A DNA stretch of 64,000 bases from Muribaculaceae bacterium (GTDB lineage: Bacteria; Bacteroidota; Bacteroidia; Bacteroidales; Muribaculaceae): positions 2,193 through 66,192 of the forward strand of contig JAIDRE010000059.1 of the NCBI GenBank assembly GCA_029061925.1. The letters run 5' to 3'. This document shows, in pieces, positions 9,849 through 19,162 of the stretch. The notes under the pieces were generated by a model. It did no database searches and was not told the origin of the DNA. It saw nothing but the letters and a program-made list of their open reading frames with translations. Position 1 is the stretch's first letter. Each line of letters starts with the position of its first letter. The position numbers and the translations under genes are program-made.

Positions 9849-10515
9849 CAGTTGAAATAGTGATTTTTTCAATCTGTCCGTCTCTAAGATGGATAATACG
9901 GTCGGCAGCCGCTGCGAGCGATTCATCGTGAGTGACGATTACAAATGTCTGATTCATGTCACGTCTCAAGTCAAAAAAGAGCTTGTGAAGTTCCTGTCGA
10001 TTAGCCGTATCAAGGCTTCCTGACGGTTCATCGGCAAGCACAACCTCAGGGTTGTTGATCAACGAGCGGGCAACCGCTCCACGCTGACACTCTCCACCCG
10101 ATAACTGAGCCGGACGATGCTCAAGACGGTTTTCAAGTCCAAGATATTTCAGCAGTTTCTCAGCCTTAGCCATTGCCTCGCGTCGCGATTCGCCACCTAT
10201 CATCGCCGGGATTGCAACATTTTCAAGAAGTGAAAACTCGGGCAACAGACGGTGAAACTGAAACACAAATCCGATGTTTCGGTTTCTAAATTTAGCCATC
10301 TCGTTTGCCGAAAGTTTGAAGATGCTGTTCCCGTTAAACGAGACTTCACCCGTATCGGGACGGTCGAGCGATCCCATTATCTGCAACAAGGTTGATTTAC
10401 CGGCTCCGCTTGGACCGACAATAGAAACAATCTCACCATCGTTGACCGACAGCGACACACCTTTCAAGACCTCTAAACGGTCAAAACTTTTTCTAACGTT
10501 TTTAACTTCTATCAT
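9838..10515 (-). CDS. ABC transporter ATP-binding protein (LolD/MacB type)
   Basis: Walker A GPSGAGKST, signature LSGGECQR, Walker B VVLADEPSGSLD. Confidence 0.85.
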   Translation of the reverse strand: MIEVKNVRKSFDRLEVLKGVSLSVNDGEIVSIVGPSGAGKSTLLQIMGSLDRPDTGEVSFNGNSIFKLSANEMAKFRNRNIGFVFQFHRLLPEFSLLENVAIPAMIGGESRREAMAKAEKLLKYLGLENRLEHRPAQLSGGECQRGAVARSLINNPEVVLADEPSGSLDTANRQELHKLFFDLRRDMNQTFVIVTHDESLAAAADRIIHLRDGQIEKITISTDGK

Positions 10516-10589
10516 TTCACTGCGAAGTTATCTATTTTTTTTCTCAAATAAAATTAATTTTAGGATTATTCATCACTTATATATAAAAT

Positions 10590-10625
10590 ACGCCACCATT
10601 ACCCAGTCCCGGGCGATGGTGGCGT
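10590..10625 (-). terminator. hairpin downstream of ald
   Basis: 10-bp perfect stem ACGCCACCAT/ATGGTGGCGT with a 16-nt loop. On the minus strand it is followed by AUUUUAUAUA. Confidence 0.4.
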
Positions 10626-10694
10626 CTACAGAAAAATGCGATAATGATATCGTTTTAATATCTCAATGTCGGAATTTTTCCGGTAGATCTTTTT

Positions 10695-11798
10695 TTATAA
10701 TTTAAGCTCGTGACATTCCATGCCAAAGGCTTCGGCAACAGCGGGAAATACAATTTCACCGTCAACAATGTTAACACCGAGAGCCAACGCTTTATCATCC
10801 TTGCATGCCTTCTTCCAACCTTTGTCAGCCAATGCCAATGCGTAGGGCAAAGTTGCATTTGTCAATGCCAAAGTTGAAGTCATCGGAACTGCACCCGGGA
10901 TGTTGGCAACTGCATAGTGAACAACACCGTCAAGAACGTATGTAGGTTCGCTGTGAGTTGTAGCGTGTGAAGTTTCAAAACATCCACCCTGGTCGATTGC
11001 AACGTCAACGAGGAGCGTTCCCGGTTTCATCAGTTTAAGCATCTCTTTTGTAACAAGATGAGGAGCTTTTGCACCGGGAATCAACACCGATCCGATAACA
11101 ACATCGGCATCTTTGATTTCCTGCTCGATATTGTGAGTTGATGAGTAGAGCGTCTTGATAGAGGGCATAATCTCAGCGATATAGCGAAGCGTGGGAAGTG
11201 AAATATCGGTGATTGTCACATCAGCACCCATACCGAGAGCTATTTTAGCAGCATTACGACCAACAACACCACCACCAAGAATAACAACTTTGGCAGGGCG
11301 TACGCCGGGAACGCCACCCATCAGCATACCTTTGCCACCCTGAGGTTTTTCGAGGAAGCGGGCAGCCTCTTGAATTGACATACGTCCGGCAACTTCACTC
11401 ATCGGAACGAGCAACGGAAGCGATCCGTTGGGAAGTTTCACAGTTTCGTAGGCAATACAGATTGATTTTGATTTTATCATCGCCTCGGTCAGAGGAAGAT
11501 CACTTGCAAAGTGGAAATAGGTAAACACAACCTGTCCTTTTTTAATCAGGTTATATTCTGGTTCTATCGGTTCCTTAACCTTAACAATCATTTCGGCAAT
11601 TTCATAAACAGCTTCAATGGTCGGTAAAATTTTTGCACCGGCGGCCTCATATTCAGCATCGCTGTACCCACTACCGTTTCCTGCATTTTTTTGCACATAG
11701 ACGGTATGACCATGTTTTACAAATTCTTTAACTCCGGCTGGGGTAGCGCCGACACGGTTCTCGTTGTTCTTAATCTCAGAAGGGATACCGATAATCAT
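10695..11798 (-). CDS. ald: alanine dehydrogenase
   Basis: MIIGIPSEIKNNENRVG N-terminus and Rossmann motif VVILGGGVVGRNAA. Confidence 0.92.
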   Translation of the reverse strand: MIIGIPSEIKNNENRVGATPAGVKEFVKHGHTVYVQKNAGNGSGYSDAEYEAAGAKILPTIEAVYEIAEMIVKVKEPIEPEYNLIKKGQVVFTYFHFASDLPLTEAMIKSKSICIAYETVKLPNGSLPLLVPMSEVAGRMSIQEAARFLEKPQGGKGMLMGGVPGVRPAKVVILGGGVVGRNAAKIALGMGADVTITDISLPTLRYIAEIMPSIKTLYSSTHNIEQEIKDADVVIGSVLIPGAKAPHLVTKEMLKLMKPGTLLVDVAIDQGGCFETSHATTHSEPTYVLDGVVHYAVANIPGAVPMTSTLALTNATLPYALALADKGWKKACKDDKALALGVNIVDGEIVFPAVAEAFGMECHELKL

Positions 11799-11948
11799 AA
11801 TGTAATAGTTTTTATGGTTTGGTTTATCATGGCTGATATATCATACCGACGTCTCACTCAGGTCGGGGATAATCAACACCGCAAATTTACGCAAATCTCA
11901 CAACCTACAAAATTTTTAATCTAAATAAATGTTAAAAAGAAAATAACA

Positions 11949-13031
11949 TTATGAATTGTGTGTTACCTGGTTGACTTTATCAACAATGCGTTGAGGGTCT
12001 ATCATAGTCATACAGCGGTAGTCGCCGTAGCCACACTCTTTGTCGCCGAACACTGAGCATGGGCGGCAGCAGAGGTCTTCTTCTTGTATAACCAAATCGT
12101 CGGGCTGACCCCACGGGCGGAAACCGACATACGGATGGGTTGCGCCCCAAATGCTGACGACAGGTGTGTTTACAAGCGAGGCGAGGTGCATATTTGCCGA
12201 ATCCATCGCAACCATACAATCGAGTCCACTCATCAACTGCAATTCAACATCAAAGCCAAGACGACATCCGGCAAGCGACACGACACGGTCATATTTCTCA
12301 GCCCATCGGTTGAGTATCGTAGCCTCATCGCCCCCGCCACCAAACAAAACGACGCGGTTTGATTCATCGGCAACAAGCTTCTCGACAACCTTTTGCATCA
12401 GATGAATAGGATATATCTTCCCTTTATGTTTTGCAAACGGAGCGATACCGATCAAGCGCTCGCTTGGCTGACGTACAACTCGACCGCCGGCAGTCAAATC
12501 TATGTCGCTATTCGTGTCATAAAGCCCTTTAAAACTTTCATCCGTTTTAATTCCGGTCTTTTCAAATGTGTCGGCATATCGCTGAATGGTCGATTTGAGT
12601 TTGACCATATCTTTATCGTGCGGTCGGGTGAGCTTCTTTTTATCACCCTTACCCTTGTCAATCGTCACGGTTTTCAGTCCGTTCAGGTGTCCGAGCAAAC
12701 CGATTGCCCGCGACCTCAATACGCCATGTAAATCAACGATCGTGTCAGGATTAAAACGACGTTTCAGATCTTTGAAAATTGACAAAAAACCTTTGACACC
12801 CTTCCATTTTGAGTCTTCAAGATCATAGGCAACAACCTCAAGATTGTCCGGTGCATTGACAAACAGCCGTGCCATTGCCGGACGTGTAGCAAACAGAAAT
12901 TTCACATCGGGATTGAGACGAGCAGCCGAATAAACCACCGGAATCGACATCGCAACATCGCCTATAGCCGAAAAACGGACTACTGCGATAGTCCGTTTAA
13001 ATTCGTTATTTTCAATTTTATTTTGCCCCAT
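11949..13031 (-). CDS. glycosyltransferase family 9 (heptosyltransferase-like)
   Basis: RFSAIGDV N-terminal motif and GT-B organisation typical of GT9. Confidence 0.8.
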   Translation of the reverse strand: MGQNKIENNEFKRTIAVVRFSAIGDVAMSIPVVYSAARLNPDVKFLFATRPAMARLFVNAPDNLEVVAYDLEDSKWKGVKGFLSIFKDLKRRFNPDTIVDLHGVLRSRAIGLLGHLNGLKTVTIDKGKGDKKKLTRPHDKDMVKLKSTIQRYADTFEKTGIKTDESFKGLYDTNSDIDLTAGGRVVRQPSERLIGIAPFAKHKGKIYPIHLMQKVVEKLVADESNRVVLFGGGGDEATILNRWAEKYDRVVSLAGCRLGFDVELQLMSGLDCMVAMDSANMHLASLVNTPVVSIWGATHPYVGFRPWGQPDDLVIQEEDLCCRPCSVFGDKECGYGDYRCMTMIDPQRIVDKVNQVTHNS

Positions 13032-13623
13032 AAAGAACAGGGTTGGTTTCGGGGTCGTTATACATCTTCATTTGGCGATAGACCTTCATATACTTGCGAC
13101 CTGCTTTAATGTCATCGAGAAGCGTGTCGATAGCTTCAGTCAAGTCTTTACGCTGTTCGAGCAACACATTCAGTTTTGCCCGGCACTTTGCAATATGTTC
13201 GGGACTCGCATCTTTACGGGCAACCTCAACCTGCATGTGATATATTTTCAGAGCAAGAATTGACAGGCGGTCAATAGCCCATGCCGGACTCTCGGTGTTG
13301 ATAGTTGCGGCAGCATCGGGATGGATTTCAGAGTATATATGAAGAAAATATGTATCAAGATCTTCAACCAAGTCAGTGCGTTCCTGGTTTGATCTATCTA
13401 TACGACGTTTGATTTCAAGAGCTTTGACAGGGTCAATCTCAGGGTCGCGAACTATATCTTCGAGGTGCCACTGAATAGCATCTATATTGTTTTTAGCATA
13501 AAGAGTATGCTCGACAGTTCCTTCGGCATATGGATTGGCAAATACTGCATCTACATCATCAACCAAGTGATAGTCAGATGTTGAACGATCAAAAATCTCG
13601 TTACACTTTTCAGCAAAAGTCAT
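13018..13623 (-). CDS. DUF4254-like protein
   Basis: 201-aa helical protein overlapping the GT9 gene by 14 nt. The family assignment is from memory of this conserved gene pair. Confidence 0.45.
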   Translation of the reverse strand: MTFAEKCNEIFDRSTSDYHLVDDVDAVFANPYAEGTVEHTLYAKNNIDAIQWHLEDIVRDPEIDPVKALEIKRRIDRSNQERTDLVEDLDTYFLHIYSEIHPDAAATINTESPAWAIDRLSILALKIYHMQVEVARKDASPEHIAKCRAKLNVLLEQRKDLTEAIDTLLDDIKAGRKYMKVYRQMKMYNDPETNPVLYGAK

Positions 13624-13669
13624 AGTGATATATCTTAATACTATATTTGAATAAAAGTTTTCTATTTAT

Positions 13670-14134
13670 TTACACATCCCCGTTAATCGGTATCTCGCGC
13701 TGAATACTGTGGTCAAGTGAGATTAGTGTCTCGGTTCCGGTGATACCGGGAATTGTCTGAATTTTATCGTTCAACAGTTCCATCAAGTGAGCATTGTCGC
13801 GTGCAAACAGCTTGATGAACATTGAGTAAGGACCTGTTGTGTAGTGACATTCGACAATCTCGGGAATCTTTTCGAGTTCGGGAACAACCTCACGATACAT
13901 TGCTCCACGCTCCAGTTTTACTCCGATATAGGTGCAGGTTGAATAGCCCAACAGGTTATGATTAACGTGATAGCCCGACCCCGTTATTATACCGAGGTCA
14001 ATCATTCGTTGAATACGTTGATGGATAGCAGCTCGTGAAACTCCACATTCGTGAGCTACATCTTTTGAGGGGATGCGGGCATTGTGCATCACAATCTGCA
14101 AAATCTTCTTGTCTAATTTGTCAATTTTTTCCAT
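13670..14134 (-). CDS. Lrp/AsnC family transcriptional regulator
   Basis: N-terminal HTH (LDKKILQIVMHNARIPSKDVAHECGVSRAAIHQRIQRM) plus an AsnC-type ligand domain. Start trimmed to the ATG at 14134. Confidence 0.85.
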   Translation of the reverse strand: MEKIDKLDKKILQIVMHNARIPSKDVAHECGVSRAAIHQRIQRMIDLGIITGSGYHVNHNLLGYSTCTYIGVKLERGAMYREVVPELEKIPEIVECHYTTGPYSMFIKLFARDNAHLMELLNDKIQTIPGITGTETLISLDHSIQREIPINGDV

Positions 14135-14297
14135 TCTGTGTTTTTTTATTCGGTAAGATGTCAGATTAACTGAAGACTGACACAATAAGGTTCCGCAAAA
14201 ATATGCAAATTTTTTATCTCACAGAATCATTTTGACGCAAAATTGCGCCTTTTTATGAATTATGTAAAGTAAATTAACAAATATTCATAATTCATTC

Positions 14298-14831
14298 CTA
14301 ATTATTGGTGTGCCTCTCAGGCTTGAAATAGTTACTGAGCAATCTGTTCAAGGCTCCTTCAGCCCCATCTTCGGGCAACCTAATTTTATCGGCAGGGGTG
14401 TCATTCAGTCCATGATACAGTCCTTTGAATACCACACTGCTATTCCAATCAATCCTGAAGTCAGAGCCAAGTCGATCAAATGCTTTTCTTAGAACCAACC
14501 CGGTCATAACGCCCTGGAGCAACCGTAATTCACTACTATCGGCTTGCAATGCCATTGCCACCCCGATTTCATATTCATTCAAATCATCTTCTCCAGTCAC
14601 CCCCTCTCTCTGAAGATTTTGCCTAAAACTTTCGCCATAAATATATCCCATCAAAAAAGAGATAGAGTCATCAGCGTTTGCGAGCTCAGGCATTACATTC
14701 TCGACTGCTTCGGGAGAGGTTGCCATGTTCAGGCCTTCATTATATAATTTATCAACAGGAGATTTTCCGCAACCTGTCAGAATTGAAATCAACAACAATG
14801 ATAAAGCAGAGAAGATAATCAGTTTTCTCAT
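14298..14831 (-). CDS. hypothetical lipoprotein
   Basis: MRKLIIFSALSLLLISILTGCGK signal peptide plus lipobox. I recognise no family. Confidence 0.5.
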   Translation of the reverse strand: MRKLIIFSALSLLLISILTGCGKSPVDKLYNEGLNMATSPEAVENVMPELANADDSISFLMGYIYGESFRQNLQREGVTGEDDLNEYEIGVAMALQADSSELRLLQGVMTGLVLRKAFDRLGSDFRIDWNSSVVFKGLYHGLNDTPADKIRLPEDGAEGALNRLLSNYFKPERHTNN

Positions 14832-14851
14832 TTTATTATAATTTATATAAT

Positions 14852-15205
14852 TTACAATATAGCAGCCACCTTTCTAATATTAGCAAGTCGAGCCATAAAC
14901 GAGCTGTCGTGTTTTGCTTTCGCCTTAGTATAGCTCGTTTGGAGATTAATCCAAAAGTCAGCATCGATTCCGAGTGCCGCCTCCAGCAACAAAGCATATT
15001 CAATCGTAAAATCACGTTTGCCATTGATAAGCTCGTTCAAAAGCGAGACCTTAACGCCAATCTCATTGGCCAATTTTGTTTGCGATATACCACGACTTTC
15101 AATCTCCTCTCTTAAAATCTCTCCCGGATGGGTCGGTTCAAAAGGAGTAAGATTGTTAGCAATCATATTCGGATCAATTCCCGGTATTCTTATCATATTA
15201 ATCAT
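14852..15205 (-). CDS. higA: HigA-family antitoxin (XRE HTH)
   Basis: HPGEILREE...GISQTKLANEIGVKVSLLNELINGKR pattern of HigA antidote proteins. Confidence 0.8.
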   Translation of the reverse strand: MINMIRIPGIDPNMIANNLTPFEPTHPGEILREEIESRGISQTKLANEIGVKVSLLNELINGKRDFTIEYALLLEAALGIDADFWINLQTSYTKAKAKHDSSFMARLANIRKVAAIL

Positions 15206-15515
15206 AATGGTTAGAGAGTTCTACAATATTACAAATAGTTAAAAGCGGTTGTTCCGAATCAGAGTTCAATGAGAATTCTACTCTATATTTATCATTTACG
15301 CGAATCGAATATAAACCCGCCTTATCACCAATCAGTGCCTCGAAATGAAGCGAGTTGAACTGATAAAGTGTTTCAGGATTTGGCGCAGCCTGCAACTGCT
15401 CGACTCTTCTTTGATATAGTTTAATGATATTGGGCTGATATCGATTCTTTTCATCCCTACAGGAACCTTTCTCAAAGAGGTCTTTTAGATACGATTCTTC
15501 AAATGTAACTATCAT
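15198..15515 (-). CDS. higB: HigB-like (RelE/ParE superfamily) toxin
   Basis: 105-aa ORF directly upstream of higA with an 8-nt overlap. This is the toxin-first order typical of HigBA. Confidence 0.7.
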   Translation of the reverse strand: MIVTFEESYLKDLFEKGSCRDEKNRYQPNIIKLYQRRVEQLQAAPNPETLYQFNSLHFEALIGDKAGLYSIRVNDKYRVEFSLNSDSEQPLLTICNIVELSNHYD

Positions 15516-15587
15516 CGCTTTTTATTATAACGTTGCAAAGATAGAAAAAACTTTGTCAATTTTCACAAATTTGTAAAAATTAATACA

Positions 15588-15625
15588 TAAAAAAGCTCAA
15601 CCACCTTTTTAAAGGATGGTTGAGC
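15588..15625 (-). terminator. intrinsic terminator of the FKBP operon
   Basis: GCTCAACCACCTT / AAGGATGGTTGAGC stem with one bulge, followed on the minus strand by a run of 7 U. Confidence 0.6.
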
Positions 15626-15649
15626 CGATATGTATGTTAATAGACTTGC

Positions 15650-16525
15650 TTATTTTTCTGCGGGAAGGATATCAACTACTTCTACGTCGAAAACGAGCAT
15701 TTCGTTAGGACCGATTCCAGCCATGGGCTGACCGCTTTCGCCATAACCGAGTTTACCGGGGATATAGAGAGTTGCTCTACCGCCTTTACCCAAAAGTTTG
15801 AGACCTTCGCTAAAGCCACCTACAACGCCTGATACGCTGAATTCAACGGGTTGACCTTTTGATGAATCAAATTCTTCGCCGTTGATGTGACGACCGGTGT
15901 AGATTACCATTACTGATGAATCGTCGCCGGGACGGTTGTTTACATCACCGGGGTTGCTGATTTTGTATGAAAGACCCGATTCTGTAGTTTGAATTAAGTT
16001 GTCTTCTTTTTTGAGAGATGCTACATATTCTTCACCTTTTTTCTCGTTTTCATTAGCTACAGCTTTTGCAGCAGCTTCTGAACGTTCGCGAATCATATCT
16101 TGAACTCGGCTGTTAACAGTCTGATAGTTCATATATGCTTTTTGGATATCCATTGCTGTATCGCTCATTGATTTGATAGCGTAACGAACGATTTTTTCAG
16201 GATTTGTTTTGAGATCGTTCTGATTCCACTGATGAGCTTGGATGATGATATTCAGACCCATAGAGTAACCGATTGCATATGAAATATCGGCAGTGTCGAG
16301 TTTTGCTGCTGCTTCAAGACCGCGCAACAATTTTGCTTCGTCGGCATTGGGGAACTGAGCTTTGATCTGAGGCATCTGGTTTTTGATGTTCTGACCAAGG
16401 AATTCACCAAAAGTGATGTTAAGGCTATCAGCGAGTGTGCTGTCTCCTTTGCTTGATGATCCATTGCAAGCGGTCATACCGGTCATTGCAATGACTGCTC
16501 CGAGAGCGAGTAAAAATTTTTTCAT
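15650..16525 (-). CDS. FKBP-type peptidyl-prolyl isomerase (FkpA-like lipoprotein)
   Basis: Signal peptide plus lipobox (MTGMTACNG), a helical N-domain, and a C-terminal FKBP domain (GVVGGFSEGLKLL...LYIPGKLGYG). Confidence 0.85.
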   Translation of the reverse strand: MKKFLLALGAVIAMTGMTACNGSSSKGDSTLADSLNITFGEFLGQNIKNQMPQIKAQFPNADEAKLLRGLEAAAKLDTADISYAIGYSMGLNIIIQAHQWNQNDLKTNPEKIVRYAIKSMSDTAMDIQKAYMNYQTVNSRVQDMIRERSEAAAKAVANENEKKGEEYVASLKKEDNLIQTTESGLSYKISNPGDVNNRPGDDSSVMVIYTGRHINGEEFDSSKGQPVEFSVSGVVGGFSEGLKLLGKGGRATLYIPGKLGYGESGQPMAGIGPNEMLVFDVEVVDILPAEK

Positions 16526-16557
16526 AATCTGTTAAAAAGTTATTTGATTGATTTATA

Positions 16558-17184
16558 TTATTTTCCGATTACCTTGAGGAGTTCAACATCAAAAATCAAT
16601 GTTGAGTTAGGGCCGATAACTCCGGGAGCACCCTGAGGACCATACGCAAGTGCCGAAGGAATGAACAGACGCCATTTTGAACCTGCGTTCATCAACTGTA
16701 GTGCTTCAACCCATCCGGGAATAACCTGAGTAACACCAAATGTTGCAGGCATACCACGGTCAACCGAGCTGTCAAATACAGTTCCGTCGATAAGTTTACC
16801 GGTATAGTGAACTTCTACCTGATCGGTTGCGGTCGGTTTGGGTCCGTTACCTTCAACAAGAACCTCATACTGCAAGCCCGATGCAGTAGTCTTAACTTCG
16901 GCGCGTTTACCGTTTTCAAGAAGGAATGCTTCGCCGGCTGCTTTATTTACCTCAGCCATCTTGGCAGCTTCTTCCTGCTGTTGTTTTTCGAGATTGCCAA
17001 AGAATTCACGAATTACTTCTTTAGCCTCGTCGATAGTCATTTTAGGAGCAGCACCGTCAAAAACAGCTGCTACGCCGTCGGCAAAGTCTTGAACGTTGAT
17101 TTTTTTGATACCGGATGCAAGGAAATTGTTTCCCATGCTCAATCCGAGCGAGTAGCTCAGACGGTCTAAATCTTTGTTTTCCAT
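16558..17184 (-). CDS. FKBP-type peptidyl-prolyl isomerase
   Basis: FKBP_N plus FKBP_C (VIPGWVEALQLMNAGSKWRLFIPSALAYG). Confidence 0.88.
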   Translation of the reverse strand: MENKDLDRLSYSLGLSMGNNFLASGIKKINVQDFADGVAAVFDGAAPKMTIDEAKEVIREFFGNLEKQQQEEAAKMAEVNKAAGEAFLLENGKRAEVKTTASGLQYEVLVEGNGPKPTATDQVEVHYTGKLIDGTVFDSSVDRGMPATFGVTQVIPGWVEALQLMNAGSKWRLFIPSALAYGPQGAPGVIGPNSTLIFDVELLKVIGK

Positions 17185-17365
17185 ATATGTTATGTTTTAT
17201 TATTTATTACCTATAATACAATACGCCGACAAAGATACTTCAAAATATCCAATCGAATGCAAAATTTTAATAAAAATATATTAAATAGGTCATTATTACA
17301 CTTTACAACTCACCCTTTTTATACTTTTGATGTTGCATCTTTAACAACAATCGCCGGATTATTGT

Positions 17366-18316
17366 TCAGTTTTTTTGAAACTCCGTAGGCGACATCCCTG
17401 TTGCATTTTTAAAGTATTTGCCAAAACTCGACTGACTCTTGAAATTCATGGCGTATGCCACCTCCTGAATACTCAGTCCCGAAAATCTCAGCATATTCTT
17501 AGCCTCAAGAATAACATACTCGTCAATCCATTCTCCGGGCGAACGTCGCGTATATTTCTTCAGTACAGATGACAGATATTTGGGTGAGATGCACAGTTGC
17601 TCGGCATAGAAGGCCACCGATCTTTCCTTCATAAAATTGGCATGGAGCAGTTTGATGAAATCAGTCACATAGCTCGTGCTGCGACCCGGACCGGGAATCT
17701 TAACACTGACATCCATTCTGTTATGATGCGATTCCATTCCGGTATATTTCCGGTCATTTATCTGCATGAACTGGTACATCAGTGCGGCGGTCAGACTACG
17801 GGCAATGCTGTGGGAATAAAGATTATCTGCCGGATTCAGGAGGGCCGTCTCATACAGCAGATCCATGTGATGAGCAACAAGCGCTGCATCAACTTTGCTC
17901 AACTCGGTAACCGGCAACGGCTGATGAGAAAAGTGGGCTTGCTGAATTGTGTTTATATCCATATTTATCCCTGCCAGAAAAGACTCTGACAAGAACAGAA
18001 CGTATGTATCAAACCGCTTGGTTTCCGACTCTATAAACTTAACTAAACTTCGCCCTCCGCCCAAAACTACAGCGGGAGCCTTTACCTGATAGGTCTCGGT
18101 ATTCAAGCCAATTTTAGCCGTACCTTTCAGTATCAGTCCGATAACAATTCCGCCCGGTCGAAGCGAATCAAATTCCTTGCCAAACCCGTTTTGCAAACCT
18201 ATATCAATCCGGGCAACAAGATAGTCATCACCCATTCGCGCAAACTTTGACGAGATACCTTTGATTGCATCAAAGTCGCTGATTGTGATTTTTTCGGATG
18301 ATGGGGTTGCTGTCAT
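17366..18316 (-). CDS. AraC family transcriptional regulator
   Basis: C-terminal dual HTH (SVAFYAEQLCISPKYLSSVLKK ... SIQEVAYAMNFKSQSSFGKYFKNATGMSPTEF). Confidence 0.85.
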   Translation of the reverse strand: MTATPSSEKITISDFDAIKGISSKFARMGDDYLVARIDIGLQNGFGKEFDSLRPGGIVIGLILKGTAKIGLNTETYQVKAPAVVLGGGRSLVKFIESETKRFDTYVLFLSESFLAGINMDINTIQQAHFSHQPLPVTELSKVDAALVAHHMDLLYETALLNPADNLYSHSIARSLTAALMYQFMQINDRKYTGMESHHNRMDVSVKIPGPGRSTSYVTDFIKLLHANFMKERSVAFYAEQLCISPKYLSSVLKKYTRRSPGEWIDEYVILEAKNMLRFSGLSIQEVAYAMNFKSQSSFGKYFKNATGMSPTEFQKN

Positions 18317-18327
18317 TATCTAACTGA

Positions 18328-18720
18328 TTAGTCCTGCTGTTGTTTACGATTCTTTGCCTCAACTCGAGGAATCATAATTGATGTGTAAACCTGAATAACT
18401 CCGCCGGCAAGCGTGAATGCCAACCAATCGCGGGCAGTTGTCGGGTCGTAGAACATAAAAAATGCCGCCACACAGAAAAATATCGCGCTCCACGATTCAA
18501 TTCTGACGAGTCGTTTCAGGCGTAAATCGGTGCCGCGATAAGGATTAAAAAGTCGGCTGACAAGCAACATAACCGCCCCAACCGCATAAACATATTTGTA
18601 TATATTATTATCCAAACGCCAAATCGGCATGAGGGTTCCGGCAACAATCAGCAACATACCGACTGTCATCACCAAAATCCAAACCTTTGACGCTGTTGTA
18701 TTCTGTCCCATATCTTGCAA
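18328..18720 (-). CDS. hypothetical membrane protein
   Basis: 130 aa with four hydrophobic segments. I recognise no family. Confidence 0.4.
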   Translation of the reverse strand: MQDMGQNTTASKVWILVMTVGMLLIVAGTLMPIWRLDNNIYKYVYAVGAVMLLVSRLFNPYRGTDLRLKRLVRIESWSAIFFCVAAFFMFYDPTTARDWLAFTLAGGVIQVYTSIMIPRVEAKNRKQQQD

Positions 18721-18722
18721 TT

Positions 18723-19025
18723 TTAATCAATAAATACATAAACATCTTCGTTGTCGCGCTGCATGTGATACTGCTCGCGCACAATCCGTTCCATTGTTTC
18801 GCGGTCAGTACGCAACAACTCATTCTGACGCTGATAATATTCCATCGTGTCGGTATTCTCTTTAATCTCGGCTTTGAGTCGCTCAATTTCGTGAGTCAAC
18901 TCATATCCTTTCATCACCGAATTTTCATTAAAGAACAATACAAACCCCATGAAAACAAGCACCAATATCAACGTAACCGAGATATAACGTCGGCACCAAT
19001 TATAGACACCTTTTGCTGTAACCAT
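18723..19025 (-). CDS. FtsB/DivIC-like septum formation initiator
   Basis: 100 aa with a single N-terminal transmembrane helix followed by a coiled coil (IERLKAEIKENTDTMEYYQRQNELL). Confidence 0.6.
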   Translation of the reverse strand: MVTAKGVYNWCRRYISVTLILVLVFMGFVLFFNENSVMKGYELTHEIERLKAEIKENTDTMEYYQRQNELLRTDRETMERIVREQYHMQRDNEDVYVFID

Positions 19026-19162
19026 TCTTTGTTATTTTTGTTTTATTTCACCACAAAATTACATTTTTATTTTCTAAAATCTATGATTTTGAAAGAAAAA
19101 CCGTAACTTTGCTTGTTATATTATTTAATCAGACAAAAATATAAGCTACATATTAACACCTT

